This document shows, piece by piece, positions 1-10,600 of a stretch of 64,000 nt of DNA. A model generated the notes under the pieces. The model saw nothing but the letters and a program-made list of their open reading frames with translations, did not search any database and was not told the origin of the DNA. The translations under genes were made by a program, and so were the position numbers. Position 1 is the stretch's first letter. Each line of letters begins with the position of its first letter. Source of the DNA: Ignavibacteriota bacterium (lineage in GTDB: Bacteria; Bacteroidota; Ignavibacteria; UBA10030); the NCBI GenBank assembly GCA_963701295.1, contig OY969585.1:1920001-1984000 (forward strand), written 5' to 3'.

Positions 1-2
1 GT

Positions 3-449
3 GTAGGTATTGAGATTAATGGCACTTATGCCGGGTTCTTTGGAAAAATCCGGAAACAGATTGCAGAGAAGCTTGATATTGATGAAGCTGTGTTCGTTTG
101 CGAAATAAATATTCGAGCACTCCGCGACGGCTGGGTGAGAGATCGTAAGTTTTCTCCGTTGCTGAAGTTCCCGAGTGTAACACGCGACTTGGCTTTCACG
201 GTAGATGTAACGCTTCCGCAAAAAAACGTGGAAGACGTCATCCATCAAGTTGGACAGCCATTATGCACGAACGTTGTTCTTTTTGATACATACAGTGGAC
301 AGCAGACGGGAAAAGATAAAAAAAGTGTAGCGTATGCTCTTGAATTCCAATCACAGGACCATACATTGACGGAAGAGGAAATTGATCATGCGCTTGCGAA
401 AATTATCGAAGCCGTTGAGCGGCGATGTAACGGTGTGTTACGCAACTAG
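3..449 (+). CDS. pheT: Phenylalanine--tRNA ligase beta subunit, C-terminal part (5' truncated by window)
   Basis: Frame is open from position 3. FDX-ACB domain motifs FPSVTRDLAF, LFDTYSG, KKSVAY..FQSQDHTLT. pheT-zapA-rny synteny. Confidence 0.93.
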   Translation, partial: VGIEINGTYAGFFGKIRKQIAEKLDIDEAVFVCEINIRALRDGWVRDRKFSPLLKFPSVTRDLAFTVDVTLPQKNVEDVIHQVGQPLCTNVVLFDTYSGQQTGKDKKSVAYALEFQSQDHTLTEEEIDHALAKIIEAVERRCNGVLRN

Positions 450-584
450 CATCGCATATATAAGACCACGCGACACACTGTTTGTTTTCAACAACATTTT
501 TTTTATTGAAGATAAGTTTATTGGAAAAAGGCATTGATACGGATGTGTAGCCCAAAATCAACCGAACTTATCAGGAGCTGAGGT

Positions 585-926
585 TTGCCTGAGCAGCTTA
601 TAGATACTGAGACGACAGACAAGAAGGGCTTGAAGCGCCTTGAGGAAGCTCTCCAGACACTTTGGGATAAAGCTCGACATGTGTCCGATGTGCTTCTCCG
701 ATTAAAAGCAGAAAATAAGGAACTTCAGAGCCGAATTTTGAGTTTAGAATTAAAAGAGCGCCGTTTGATGGAAGAGATTCAACACCGGGAACGTGACTTG
801 AACGAAATTCGAACACAGCTTGCACAGATACAATCTAATGGCAGTAGTTTATTTTCAAAGGAGGAGTCAGAGGTACTTAAATCACGGCTGAAGGAATTGA
901 TTGTTAAAATCAATTCACGTGTATGA
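585..926 (+). CDS. Coiled-coil protein, ZapB-like cell division protein
   Basis: Heptad-rich 113-aa ORF with a GGAG RBS upstream, lying between pheT and zapA where this family usually sits. Confidence 0.7.
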   Translation: MPEQLIDTETTDKKGLKRLEEALQTLWDKARHVSDVLLRLKAENKELQSRILSLELKERRLMEEIQHRERDLNEIRTQLAQIQSNGSSLFSKEESEVLKSRLKELIVKINSRV

Positions 927-990
927 TACGCAAGAACAATGACGGAACGTTGTGGAGAATTCGACAAAAACAATTCAATTGGTCCAAGCG

Positions 991-1299
991 ATGAACGGTA
1001 AGAGTATAAAAGTAAAAATATTTGGAAATGAGTACCCGCTTCGGGGAGAGAATGAAGATCTCACAAAGCGCGTGGCATCCTACGTAGATGGAATGTTAAC
1101 GAAGATACACGATAAGATTCCGGAACAGCCGCCGTTGACAGTTGCTGTTCTTTCGGCATTGAATATTACCGAGGATCTTCTGCAGGAACGTGAGAAGCAT
1201 GTACAAGAAGTAACTCATCTGGAAGCGGAAGTAGAAAAACTTTCCAACTATCTCGATAATTGTCTCATTGCCGAACCGACGGACCAACGAAATCAGTAA
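991..1299 (+). CDS. zapA: Cell division protein ZapA
   Basis: SIKVKIFGNEYPL...VASYVD...AVLSALNI motifs and C-terminal coiled coil. Start taken at MNGKS. Confidence 0.9.
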   Translation: MNGKSIKVKIFGNEYPLRGENEDLTKRVASYVDGMLTKIHDKIPEQPPLTVAVLSALNITEDLLQEREKHVQEVTHLEAEVEKLSNYLDNCLIAEPTDQRNQ

Positions 1300-1340
1300 C
1301 AACGTCGCCTGTTCTTTTTACATACGGATGCGGAGGTTTT

Positions 1341-1600
1341 AAAAACCGCACCATCAGCCGTAATCAATACCATATTAAAGAACTTAACAAGTCTGTTAAT
1401 ATGGGAGCTTGACTCATAAGTGTGGAGCACATGCCACTTTTTTCGTCACGACTTGTCGGGACGGAAAGAGCCTGCGATGACTTTCTGCTGAAAGCAGGAA
1501 CGAGCGGACCGTGGAAGCGTGAAATGCTTAGGCGAGCACCCACTGTGTATGAAAAAAGTTCTTTCAATACACTTGATTGTGGCAGATGCGTGCGGTTTTT
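1341..1600 (+). ncRNA. ssrS: 6S RNA (SsrS), unusually long
   Basis: End-to-end pairing AAAAACCGCA..TAATCAA / TTGATTG..TGCGGTTTTT; inner stems AAAGAACTT/AAGTTCTTT and TGGGAGCTTG/CGAGCACCCA flank a bubble. Canonical position downstream of zapA. Confidence 0.8.
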
Positions 1601-1636
1601 TATTTTTATTAAAAGTTGTTTGAACTGAGGAAAGAC

Positions 1637-3199
1637 ATGGAACCTTATATTCTTATTTTTATCGGAGCGTTGATCGGCGGATGTACATTTTTTATGGGTT
1701 GGATTCTGAATGCACGAAGCGGTCAGAACAAAATTATGGACGCTCAGGAACGTGCAAAAAAGATTATTGAAGGAGCAGAAAAAGAATCGATAACCACAAA
1801 GCGTGAAAAGCTTCTCGAAGTGAAGGATGAATGGTACAGGAAGAAAAAAGAGTTTGAAGCTGATGCCCAGGCCAAGCGGTTGAAACAGCAAGCGTACGAA
1901 AAGCAATTGAACAACCGCGAGGAAAATCTGGAGAAGAAGCTTGATCTATTAACAAAAAAAGAGTCAACGCTTCAAACAACCGGAAGAGAAATCGCTGATC
2001 GCCAAAAACGCCTCATCGAACGTGAGAAAGAAGCCGAACGGTTAGTTGAAGAAGAAAATATTCGGCTTGAAAAAATTGCCGGTATTACAAGTGAAGAGGC
2101 AAAAAAATATCTGTACCAAAACCTGATTGAGACAGTGAAATCTGAGGCGACACAGAAGCTGAAAGATATCCGCGATTCTGCGAAACTTGAGGGAAAGAAG
2201 GAAGCTCAGAAAGCTATTATTCAAGCGATCCAACGTTCAGCAGTGGATTTTACGCTGGAGACCACGGTTAGTGTGTTAAATGTCGGCAGTGATGAGATGA
2301 AGGGGCGCATCATCGGACGTGAGGGGCGAAATATCAGAGCGTTTGAAGCTGCCACTGGTATTGATGTTATTGTTGACGATACGCCCGAAGCTGTCATTCT
2401 CTCGGGCTTCGATCCGTTCCGGCGCGAAGTTGCTCGAACAGCATTGGAACGATTGATCGCGGATGGGCGCATCCATCCAGCGCGCATCGAAGAAGTCGTT
2501 GAGAAGGTAAAGAAGGAATTGGAAGAAGAGGTTATCCATACTGGTGAAAATACGCTGCTTGAGATCGGTTTGCATGGTGCACATCCGGAAATTGTGAAGC
2601 ATATTGGGCGGATGAAATATCGTTCCAGTTATGGTCAGAATCTTTTGGAGCATAGCATTGAAGTTGCTTATCTCGCTGGAATCATGGCAGCTGAGCTTCG
2701 GTTAGATCCGATATTAGCGAAACGGGCAGGTCTTTTGCATGATATCGGCAAAACAATTGATAAGAGCGTCGAAGGTCCGCATGCTCTTCTCGGATATGAA
2801 TTTTGCAAAAAATATAATGAACATGCAATTGTCTGTAACGCGGTTGGTTCGCACCACGAAGATATTCCGATGGAACATCCTATCTCAGCATTGGTGCAAG
2901 CGGCAGACTCCATCAGTGGTGCGCGGCCTGGTGCGCGGCGTGAATCGGTGGAAGAGTACATCAAACGGCTGGAAAAATTAGAGAACATAGCAAAATCATT
3001 CAGCGGTGTACTGAGCACATACGCCATTCAGGCGGGGCGTGAAGTGCGTGTAATCGTTAGTCATGAAAAACTGGACGATGCTGCCGCAGACCAGCTTGCA
3101 CACGATATCGCCAACAAGATCGAGCAGGAAATGGAATACCCCGGACAGATCAAAGTTGTTGTGGTACGGGAATTTCGATCGACGGTAGTGGCAAAATAG
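1637..3199 (+). CDS. rny: Ribonuclease Y
   Basis: N-terminal TM helix, coiled coil, KH domain (KGRIIGREGRNIR), HD domain (LLHDIGK). GAGG RBS before ATG 1637. Confidence 0.97.
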   Translation: MEPYILIFIGALIGGCTFFMGWILNARSGQNKIMDAQERAKKIIEGAEKESITTKREKLLEVKDEWYRKKKEFEADAQAKRLKQQAYEKQLNNREENLEKKLDLLTKKESTLQTTGREIADRQKRLIEREKEAERLVEEENIRLEKIAGITSEEAKKYLYQNLIETVKSEATQKLKDIRDSAKLEGKKEAQKAIIQAIQRSAVDFTLETTVSVLNVGSDEMKGRIIGREGRNIRAFEAATGIDVIVDDTPEAVILSGFDPFRREVARTALERLIADGRIHPARIEEVVEKVKKELEEEVIHTGENTLLEIGLHGAHPEIVKHIGRMKYRSSYGQNLLEHSIEVAYLAGIMAAELRLDPILAKRAGLLHDIGKTIDKSVEGPHALLGYEFCKKYNEHAIVCNAVGSHHEDIPMEHPISALVQAADSISGARPGARRESVEEYIKRLEKLENIAKSFSGVLSTYAIQAGREVRVIVSHEKLDDAAADQLAHDIANKIEQEMEYPGQIKVVVVREFRSTVVAK

Positions 3200-3239
3200 C
3201 ATGAAAAAAAATCAAACATCGAGATTTCATTTTAATACT

Positions 3240-3870
3240 ATGTCCTTGCAACATGAGAATATTCTTAAAATTGGTGTGACTGGTGGAATCGGTAGCGGCA
3301 AGACTGCTGTCTGTGATATTTTTGCGCGTCTCGGCGTACCAGTGCTCCATTCGGACGAGATTGCCAAAGAGTTGAGCCATTCGGATCAGGTTATTCGAAA
3401 AAAGCTAATAAGTCTTCTCGGCACGGAGGCATATTTATCTGATGGTACGCTGAATAGACACTTCATTGCATCTAAAATATTTTCCAATAAAGACCTTCAG
3501 CGCAAAGTCGAAGCTCTCATCCATCCTCAAGTTGAAAAAGAGAGAGAGCGCCGAAATCAAGGAATTAATACAACAGGGGCATCGGTTTGTCATTATCGAA
3601 GCTGCACTCATTTATGAAGCCGGGTTGGAGAAGAAACTTGATGGAGTTGTTGTAGTGGATGCTGAAGAGGCAACACGAGTCGCACGTGTGCGTAAGCGGG
3701 ATGGAGTACCTGAGGAGAATGTCTATGCACGTATCAAGGCACAATATGATGTGAAAAAGAAGCTCGAAAAAGCGGATTATGTGATTTACAACAATGGCAC
3801 GCTTGAAGAACTTGAGTTCAAAGTACGATTTCTGTATACTTTATTTAGCCAATTAGTACACGAGGAATGA
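3240..3870 (+). CDS. coaE: Dephospho-CoA kinase, split by a +1 frameshift near 3550-3556 (probably sequencing error)
   Basis: P-loop GVTGGIGSGKT in ORF 3201-3617; IEAALIYE and ADYVIYNNG in ORF 3466-3870. Removing one base joins them. Confidence 0.88.
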
Positions 3871-3871
3871 T

Positions 3872-5059
3872 ATGTCTGAAACCATGGTCGAAAAAGAAGC
3901 AAAGTTTTTTTTTCACACATTTCACCGGCTTCCGCTTGAAATCGACTGTGGCGAAGGAGTGTACCTCTATTCAAAAGACGGCAAGCGCTATGTCGATTTT
4001 TTCGGTGGCTTAGCCGTCAATGCGCTTGGATATAATCATCCGCGTATCAATGCAGCCATTGAGAAACAAATTCACCGCTACATTCATCTTTCCAATTACT
4101 TTGTGCAGGATACGCAGGTAGAGTTGGCGGAGAAAATTATTCAGACAACCGGATTCAAGCGCATCTTTTTTTCAAACAGCGGTACAGAAGCAGTTGAAGG
4201 AGCCATGAAACTTGCACGCAAGTGGGGACAGAAGTCTGAAAAAAAACAGCTGCTCAATCTGACCAATTCGTTTCATGGCAGGACGATGGGTGCGCTTTCG
4301 ATGACGGACAGACCAAAATACCGCGAGGGCTATGATCCGTTTCTCCCCAACACGAACTCGGTTCAATTTAACGATGTGAACGACCTCTGTTCAAAGGTCA
4401 ATAATCGAACGCTTGGTGTTATTCTTGAGTGTATTCAAGGCGAAGGAGGAATTAATGTCGTCACAAAGGAATTTGCGAATGAGTTGTCCATCCTTCAGCA
4501 GAAGTATGGTTTTCTTATCATTGCAGATGAAATTCAGGCGGGAGTCGGACGCACAGGGACGTTTTTTGGTTTCGAACATATGGATATCCATCCCGATATC
4601 GTTGTCATCGCAAAGGCGATTGGCGGTGGGTTGCCCCTTGGTGCGATTTTAGGAAATGAAAGAGTTGCCGAGGTGTTCAGTTATGGCGAGCACGGAACAA
4701 CCTTTGGGGGCAATCCGGTTGCTTGTGCTGCCGGATGTGCTGTGATGGAAGAAGTTATTCAAAAAGGTTTGATGAAACAAGCTGGTTTCATCGGTGCGTA
4801 TATCAAATCGAAGGCGCTGGAAATGCAAAATGAATTTCCATCTATCATCAAAGAAGTGAGAGGATTGGGCTGTATGCTCGGTATCGATATTGATCGAGAT
4901 GGACAACCGATTGTCGATGAACTGCTGAATCGTGGTCTGCTGATTAATTGTACAAACACAACAGTGCTGCGTTTGCTTCCGCCATATATCATCACACAAG
5001 AATTGTGCGACAAGTTGATGCACGAGCTGCGCTCAATATTGAAATCGATAAAAAGATAA
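3872..5059 (+). CDS. argD: Acetylornithine aminotransferase (class III PLP)
   Basis: FSNSGTEAVEGA, SFHGRT, DEIQAGVGRTG, AKAIGGG, HGTTFGGNP motifs. Confidence 0.92.
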   Translation: MSETMVEKEAKFFFHTFHRLPLEIDCGEGVYLYSKDGKRYVDFFGGLAVNALGYNHPRINAAIEKQIHRYIHLSNYFVQDTQVELAEKIIQTTGFKRIFFSNSGTEAVEGAMKLARKWGQKSEKKQLLNLTNSFHGRTMGALSMTDRPKYREGYDPFLPNTNSVQFNDVNDLCSKVNNRTLGVILECIQGEGGINVVTKEFANELSILQQKYGFLIIADEIQAGVGRTGTFFGFEHMDIHPDIVVIAKAIGGGLPLGAILGNERVAEVFSYGEHGTTFGGNPVACAAGCAVMEEVIQKGLMKQAGFIGAYIKSKALEMQNEFPSIIKEVRGLGCMLGIDIDRDGQPIVDELLNRGLLINCTNTTVLRLLPPYIITQELCDKLMHELRSILKSIKR

Positions 5060-5115
5060 TGAGTATAGCGCAAACACATCACTAGCGAATGCATAACAAA
5101 CAAGGGAACGATGAT

Positions 5116-5571
5116 ATGGCACTCACTGAATCAATGAAGCTCATTCTCACAAGCGCTATTAAAGATTGGACGAAATTCTCGGTTGAACGGGAAAGACTCA
5201 CTTTGGCTGCTAACGACCTTACCGTCATTACACGCAAAGTTGTCCATGATTGTATCCTTTTTTTGAAAACAAATAATATTGATGTTCAATGTGAGTCACA
5301 GGATGAAATGAAAATTCTCGGAATGCTTGTTCACATCGATCCTGTGATTGACGCAACATTTCCTAATGTGAAAGCAAGTGTCGTACTGAAATGCTCGGGT
5401 TCAACAAGATCTATTCTGGTTAATTCGAATATGACAATCTCGGCAGGCGGAATGGTGGTCACATTTGATGAATTGAAAAAAGGTATTCCTGCCGCATTCG
5501 CGACCAATGCTGCAGATTTTGTCAGGGATAGTTTTTTGTATGTTGCCCGTACTGGCGGAAAAGAAGAATGA
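5116..5571 (+). CDS. Hypothetical protein
   Basis: Clean ~151-aa ORF co-oriented between argD and the redoxin gene; no recognised motif. Confidence 0.7.
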   Translation: MALTESMKLILTSAIKDWTKFSVERERLTLAANDLTVITRKVVHDCILFLKTNNIDVQCESQDEMKILGMLVHIDPVIDATFPNVKASVVLKCSGSTRSILVNSNMTISAGGMVVTFDELKKGIPAAFATNAADFVRDSFLYVARTGGKEE

Positions 5572-5618
5572 ATCTCGAAAATGTTTCTGTTACTTGTACG
5601 AAAATCGCATAAGAACAA

Positions 5619-6638
5619 ATGGAATTTCAAACGAAACATATTCACGCACCGCAACTCTACGGAAATTTCTGGTTAAATTCAGAACCGGTCTCGCTCCGGG
5701 ATCATATTGGCGAGGTTGTTATCATTGACTTCTGGGACTACACCTGCATCAACTGTATCCGAACTTTTCCATACATCCAAGAGTGGCAGCATAAGTACAA
5801 AGAATTCGGTCTAAGAATTGTCGGAGTACACACTCCCGAATTTGAATTTGCCCGGTCTTCCGAATGTGTGCAAAAAGCAATCGACCATTTTAATATTACA
5901 TACCCGGTGATGCTTGATAATGATGCTCTCATTTGGAATGCATTTGCGGTGCGCTCTTGGCCAACACGCTGTCTCATTGATCGCGATGGATATATTCGCT
6001 TTATGCAGCACGGCGAAGGCGGTTATATGGAGTTCGAACGTGCAATCCAACAATTGTTGATTGAAGCTGGCTGCCATAGCGAACTGCCTGATTTGATGCC
6101 TCCTCTATGCGATGAAGATCAGGTGGGCACTGTCTGTTATCGTCCGACCAGTGAACTCTTCTTTGGATATCTTCGCGGTGCGCTTGGCAATCTGGAGGGC
6201 TATAATCCAGAATCGACTATTGAGTACGCCGACCCAGGCATTTATCTTCCCGAACGTTTTTATGCAACAGGCAAGTGGAAAAATGAGCGTCAGTGTCTGC
6301 GTTTTGATGGGAACACAGGGGAAGACGGTGCCATTCTTTTGCCGTATCAAGCGCGCGAAGTAAATGCAGTCATGGGCTCAAAAGACGGATCATCGTGTGA
6401 AGTGGCTATTCAACAAAATAGCCAGCCACTGAGCAAAGATGCACAAGGTGAAGATATTATACACTTGCCAGGAAGAGCGACATCATTGTTTGTTAATATT
6501 CCGCGCATGTACCAGCTTGTCCATAATAAAGACTTCGGCAGTCACCTCCTGAAGCTGACGACATCGAATCCAAATCTTGAAATCTACACATTCTCTTTTA
6601 CTACTTGTGTTATCCCGGAATTGATTTCTGCAAATTGA
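5619..6638 (+). CDS. DipZ-like redoxin (thioredoxin fold plus C-terminal beta-sandwich)
   Basis: IDFWDYTCINC, GVHTPEF, WPTRCLID..G.IR and HGEGGY motifs typical of the soluble part of DipZ. Confidence 0.85.
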   Translation: MEFQTKHIHAPQLYGNFWLNSEPVSLRDHIGEVVIIDFWDYTCINCIRTFPYIQEWQHKYKEFGLRIVGVHTPEFEFARSSECVQKAIDHFNITYPVMLDNDALIWNAFAVRSWPTRCLIDRDGYIRFMQHGEGGYMEFERAIQQLLIEAGCHSELPDLMPPLCDEDQVGTVCYRPTSELFFGYLRGALGNLEGYNPESTIEYADPGIYLPERFYATGKWKNERQCLRFDGNTGEDGAILLPYQAREVNAVMGSKDGSSCEVAIQQNSQPLSKDAQGEDIIHLPGRATSLFVNIPRMYQLVHNKDFGSHLLKLTTSNPNLEIYTFSFTTCVIPELISAN

Positions 6639-7391
6639 TCAGAGTAACATCCAAAAAGTGATAAAAAAGAGAGACCTCTGAATAATCGGTTTTATCATAA
6701 TAGTAGTCAACCTTCAGGTGGAAAAATAAAATGAAGCATCGGGTTGTGCCAAAATCATTATTATTGGGGCTAAAGTCCAAACTATTCTTGCAATACTTAA
6801 ACCCCGAAATAAATGTCAGGGCTATGAAAACATCCATCGTGCGTAATATCAGTGAATAACACCTGCGGTAAGGCCCAAAAATTTCCGTGACGTCTATCAT
6901 TGCTTCTCATATAATGAAAGGCGAAGTTAGAACAAAAACAAACGATCAGATAAATGAAAATAATAAGCAGCTCCTGGTGTATTGATTTAAAATGCAGAGT
7001 TACATTTATTTTGACATACGTATATCCATATGTGAAAAACATAAAAAAAAACTCGGTTTTTATGGGACCGATGAATATATTGACAGCGAATACTAGTAGA
7101 GAAAAAGAGGTTTTTATTAGTGACTTACATAAACAAGGAAGTTGAAAACAATAAAGATTTTATATGATCGGAGTTCATGATCAGGATACCAGTTTAATTC
7201 GTCCAAAATCTATTTATTTATAATACTGGGAATTTCCTCGGACACCTGTTGCTTTTTAAGCAAGGAAAAGCGAAATTTAAACTCTATATATAACCGATAG
7301 TATACAATAGAGTGGAAAAACAGCTCATAAGATACACATACCTCAGTAAATAACCGAAAAGGAGGTTTTTGAAAAAAACTTAAAAAAACTA

Positions 7392-7420
7392 TTGACATTT
7401 CAACGGATAATTCATATTCT
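7392..7420 (+). promoter_or_regulatory. Sigma70-type promoter for the large secreted protein gene
   Basis: TTGACA-N17-TATTCT with A-tracts (UP-element-like) directly upstream. Confidence 0.6.
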
Positions 7421-7698
7421 CTGATAGTCATAGGTGAAAGGGGTTGTGGTAATTGGTGAATTATTCAAGAGTTAGTGAAAAATTCGCCGAACTCAAAATG
7501 TTACTTGATGAAAAAACAATAAAAAAAATGTCAAATATGAATGCTTATAAAAGGAAGGGAAAATTATATGTTAGGAAATATACCGCCTTAATTTTTGTTT
7601 CTCTCAATGGAAGCAAATTTGAATTTTTTCCAAGTTCAAATGCTTTTTCAAGTTTTAAATCATATCTACATTATCTCTTATCATAATCGGAGGTACAA

Positions 7699-10600
7699 AT
7701 GTTTACAAAAAAACTTCTTAAACTTGGTGCGCTTCTTGTTGTTTTCGGCGTGCTTTCGCTTGTATCGACAAGCGGTTTGCTCGCACAGACGGTTGACTCT
7801 ATGACTGTAGCGCGTGATACCATATCTATTCCATTACAGAATGTTGCATTAGCATCACAAACTGCAACAGCAATCAGTACGATAAAATTTAAAATCATAC
7901 CGGGTGCGCCAGTAGTAGTTGGTGACTCAGTAGTTATTAGTCTTGGTAGTAATTTCAAATTCTCGGCAGCAGATTCTGTTACTGTAACAACTTCGGGTCA
8001 TGGGGTCACATTCGGACTCTCTGTAACAGGTAAGGCTGGAGCAAAGGCTAATGGTTTTATCGATTTGACACTCACAGCTGTTGCTGGTAGTGGGGATACT
8101 GTAACTATAACAGGAGCCAAAGTACTTCCTATAGCTTCGGTTGCATCAAACGGTTCTACAACGCTAGATCCAATGATTGTGAATTTATATCATGGTACAG
8201 GAATCCAAAGTACAGCACCATATCTGAAACGTTTGATATTACTGCCAGGAGCGTTCTATAAGGTTCAAGCAGCTCCTGTTCCCGTTCCAACAACTATCAT
8301 TGCTGGTACTGGTCAGGTTGTAGTGACATCTGTATTGCAAGATTATTTTGCAAATACGATTATCGATACTACGAGTTACGCGACACCAACAGCAGTGTTG
8401 GCAAGCGATGGTACTTCCCCTGGGAATGGAACTTTGACAACTGTCGGCCAATATCATTCGGCTATGGGCACAGCCAAGCAAGGATTTACATACAGCAAAG
8501 CTGAAAATATTCAGATTAAGCTTTCGGGTTCAGGTGGAAGCGCTAATACGGCTACAATCACTGTAAACCAGGGCGGGGCGGCAAACATTTCTGTTGCATT
8601 ACAAAGTACTACTGAAGCGATCACTGTAGATCAAACAATAGTTTACACAGTGACGGTGACGGATGCGTTCTTCAACCCGATTCCCGGTCAGACAGTGGTA
8701 GGTACTGAGAAAACTGCGCACGGCGGAGCACTTGTTATGTCCGGCGTCACCGACGCAGCAGGGCACACAACCGCTACGTTCACACCGAGCAAGTTCTTTG
8801 TTGGCACCGACACGTTGGTCTTCACGGACGGCGCAACACAGTCTCGCATTATTTCGATCAGCCCAGGTGCGGTTGGTGGAATCATCGTTGACTATGCTGG
8901 AACGGCAAGTGGTTCCGCGGTTACTGAAGCTATCGCTGCCGGAACGATAGTATATGCACGTGGGTTCCTCCGTGATTCTTACGGCAACCCAATCGACGCT
9001 GCAAGTGCATCAACGGTGACATTCTCAATCACTGGCTTGAGCGGCAAAAATACGGTACTTGGTACAGCAGTATTGACCACTGCCGTTACAGAATCGCAAT
9101 ATCCCAACACGAGTAAAACGGCAATCGGTGTGGCAATCCCTTACACCGTTTCTTCAAATGTTAGAGGTATTGTCGATAGTGTCCGTGCAACATCAGGCAC
9201 TTATTCTCTTACGATTACTATTCAAAATCGCAGCAACGTCCCTTCCATTGTGAAGTTCAACCAAACTCCTGTTCCAGCGAAGCAGAGCATCGCCATTTTT
9301 GACAGTTCGCTCGTTGTCTCGAACTACAGCAATTTCATCAACTTTACGGACACCACGTGGGATCAGTACAATAATCTCGTCACTGCTCCCGCAGCGACTG
9401 GCTACACGGTTGCTCCGTTGAGAACTGCGTACAAGATATACTTCTCAACATTAGGTAATGCGAAGTTTGTGCGCTCGGCCGACACGACCGTTGCGGATAC
9501 GCTCTATCCATCCGCCGGTATCGTAAACAGGACTGTTAACTCCAGTAAAACAGCTGGTATTGATACCCTGAAGTCATGGTCTGCAGCGAGCAATTCAGTG
9601 TCCATTCCAGTCTGGGTTACGCCTGCGGCTTATGCGAAGCTTGTCATCACTCCGCATACTGATACATTGGCTATTGCAGGAAAGCCAGAGACATTAATAG
9701 TCGAGAAGCAGGATACCTACGGTAACCACATCGACTGGGGTCTTGCAGGTGCTAACGCCCGTGGAAACAGCCCAGCAAGCTACACGAAGCCGACAACTGG
9801 TACCATCTATGCTGACTCTTTAGCATTGGTTACTGACACGGTTACCACAGGTCACAATCGCGGTGGTACCGTTGTGAAAGCAACGACGACTGGTAGTGCC
9901 GGCATTGCGAGCATTGGCGGTTCACTTAAAATGACAGTCAAGTTTACTCCTTACACTGCAAGTGCAGACACGCAGAAGTTCTACGTGAGTCTCGCTGGCG
10001 GCAGTAACGACACTGCTCTTGTCAGATCAAGGCTGACTGGACCTTTGGCCAATTTCCTTGTCGAAATAGCTGCAGCTGATTCGGCCAAATTTGCCGGCGA
10101 TAGTGTCGGTGTAACAATTACTGCGAGAGACGCAGGAACTAATCGTATCTATACATATGTAACAGCTGGGCAGGTATTTAAGCTCAATAATTCTGCTGTT
10201 AATCCAATTGCTCCACAAGACACAACGTACAACTTCAGCTACGTGGACAAAAATGGTAAATATGTAAAGACTACAGGTGGTTCTACTATTCCTGATACTA
10301 TCTTTATCCAAGGACAAGCAATTATTAAATTGCGGAAATTCACAGCTGAAACCGCAATAAATACCGTCACTGTAATTGGAGGCTCGGCTAGAGGAACATC
10401 TGCTACCGGTTCCTATTTCAAACCGTTAGATCCTACTGTTGCAGGATTCTGGTCTGTAACCACCAGAGATACAGTAAATGTAGGTCAGGCGTTTAATTAC
10501 ACCATTACACCGCGTGATAAATGGTATAACGTAAATACCACTTATCAGAACTTCGCTACTGTATCTGCCAATCAAGGTGCTACTTTTAATGAAGGTGGCA

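Noticed and set aside
1364-1906. ORFs 1364-1906 (-) and 1422-1628 (+)
   Set aside because: They overlap the 6S RNA and rny and have no recognisable motif; shadow ORFs.
6610-7958. Several 60-96 aa ORFs in the AT-rich spacer
   Set aside because: Mutually overlapping, with composition driven by AT richness and no motif or convincing RBS.
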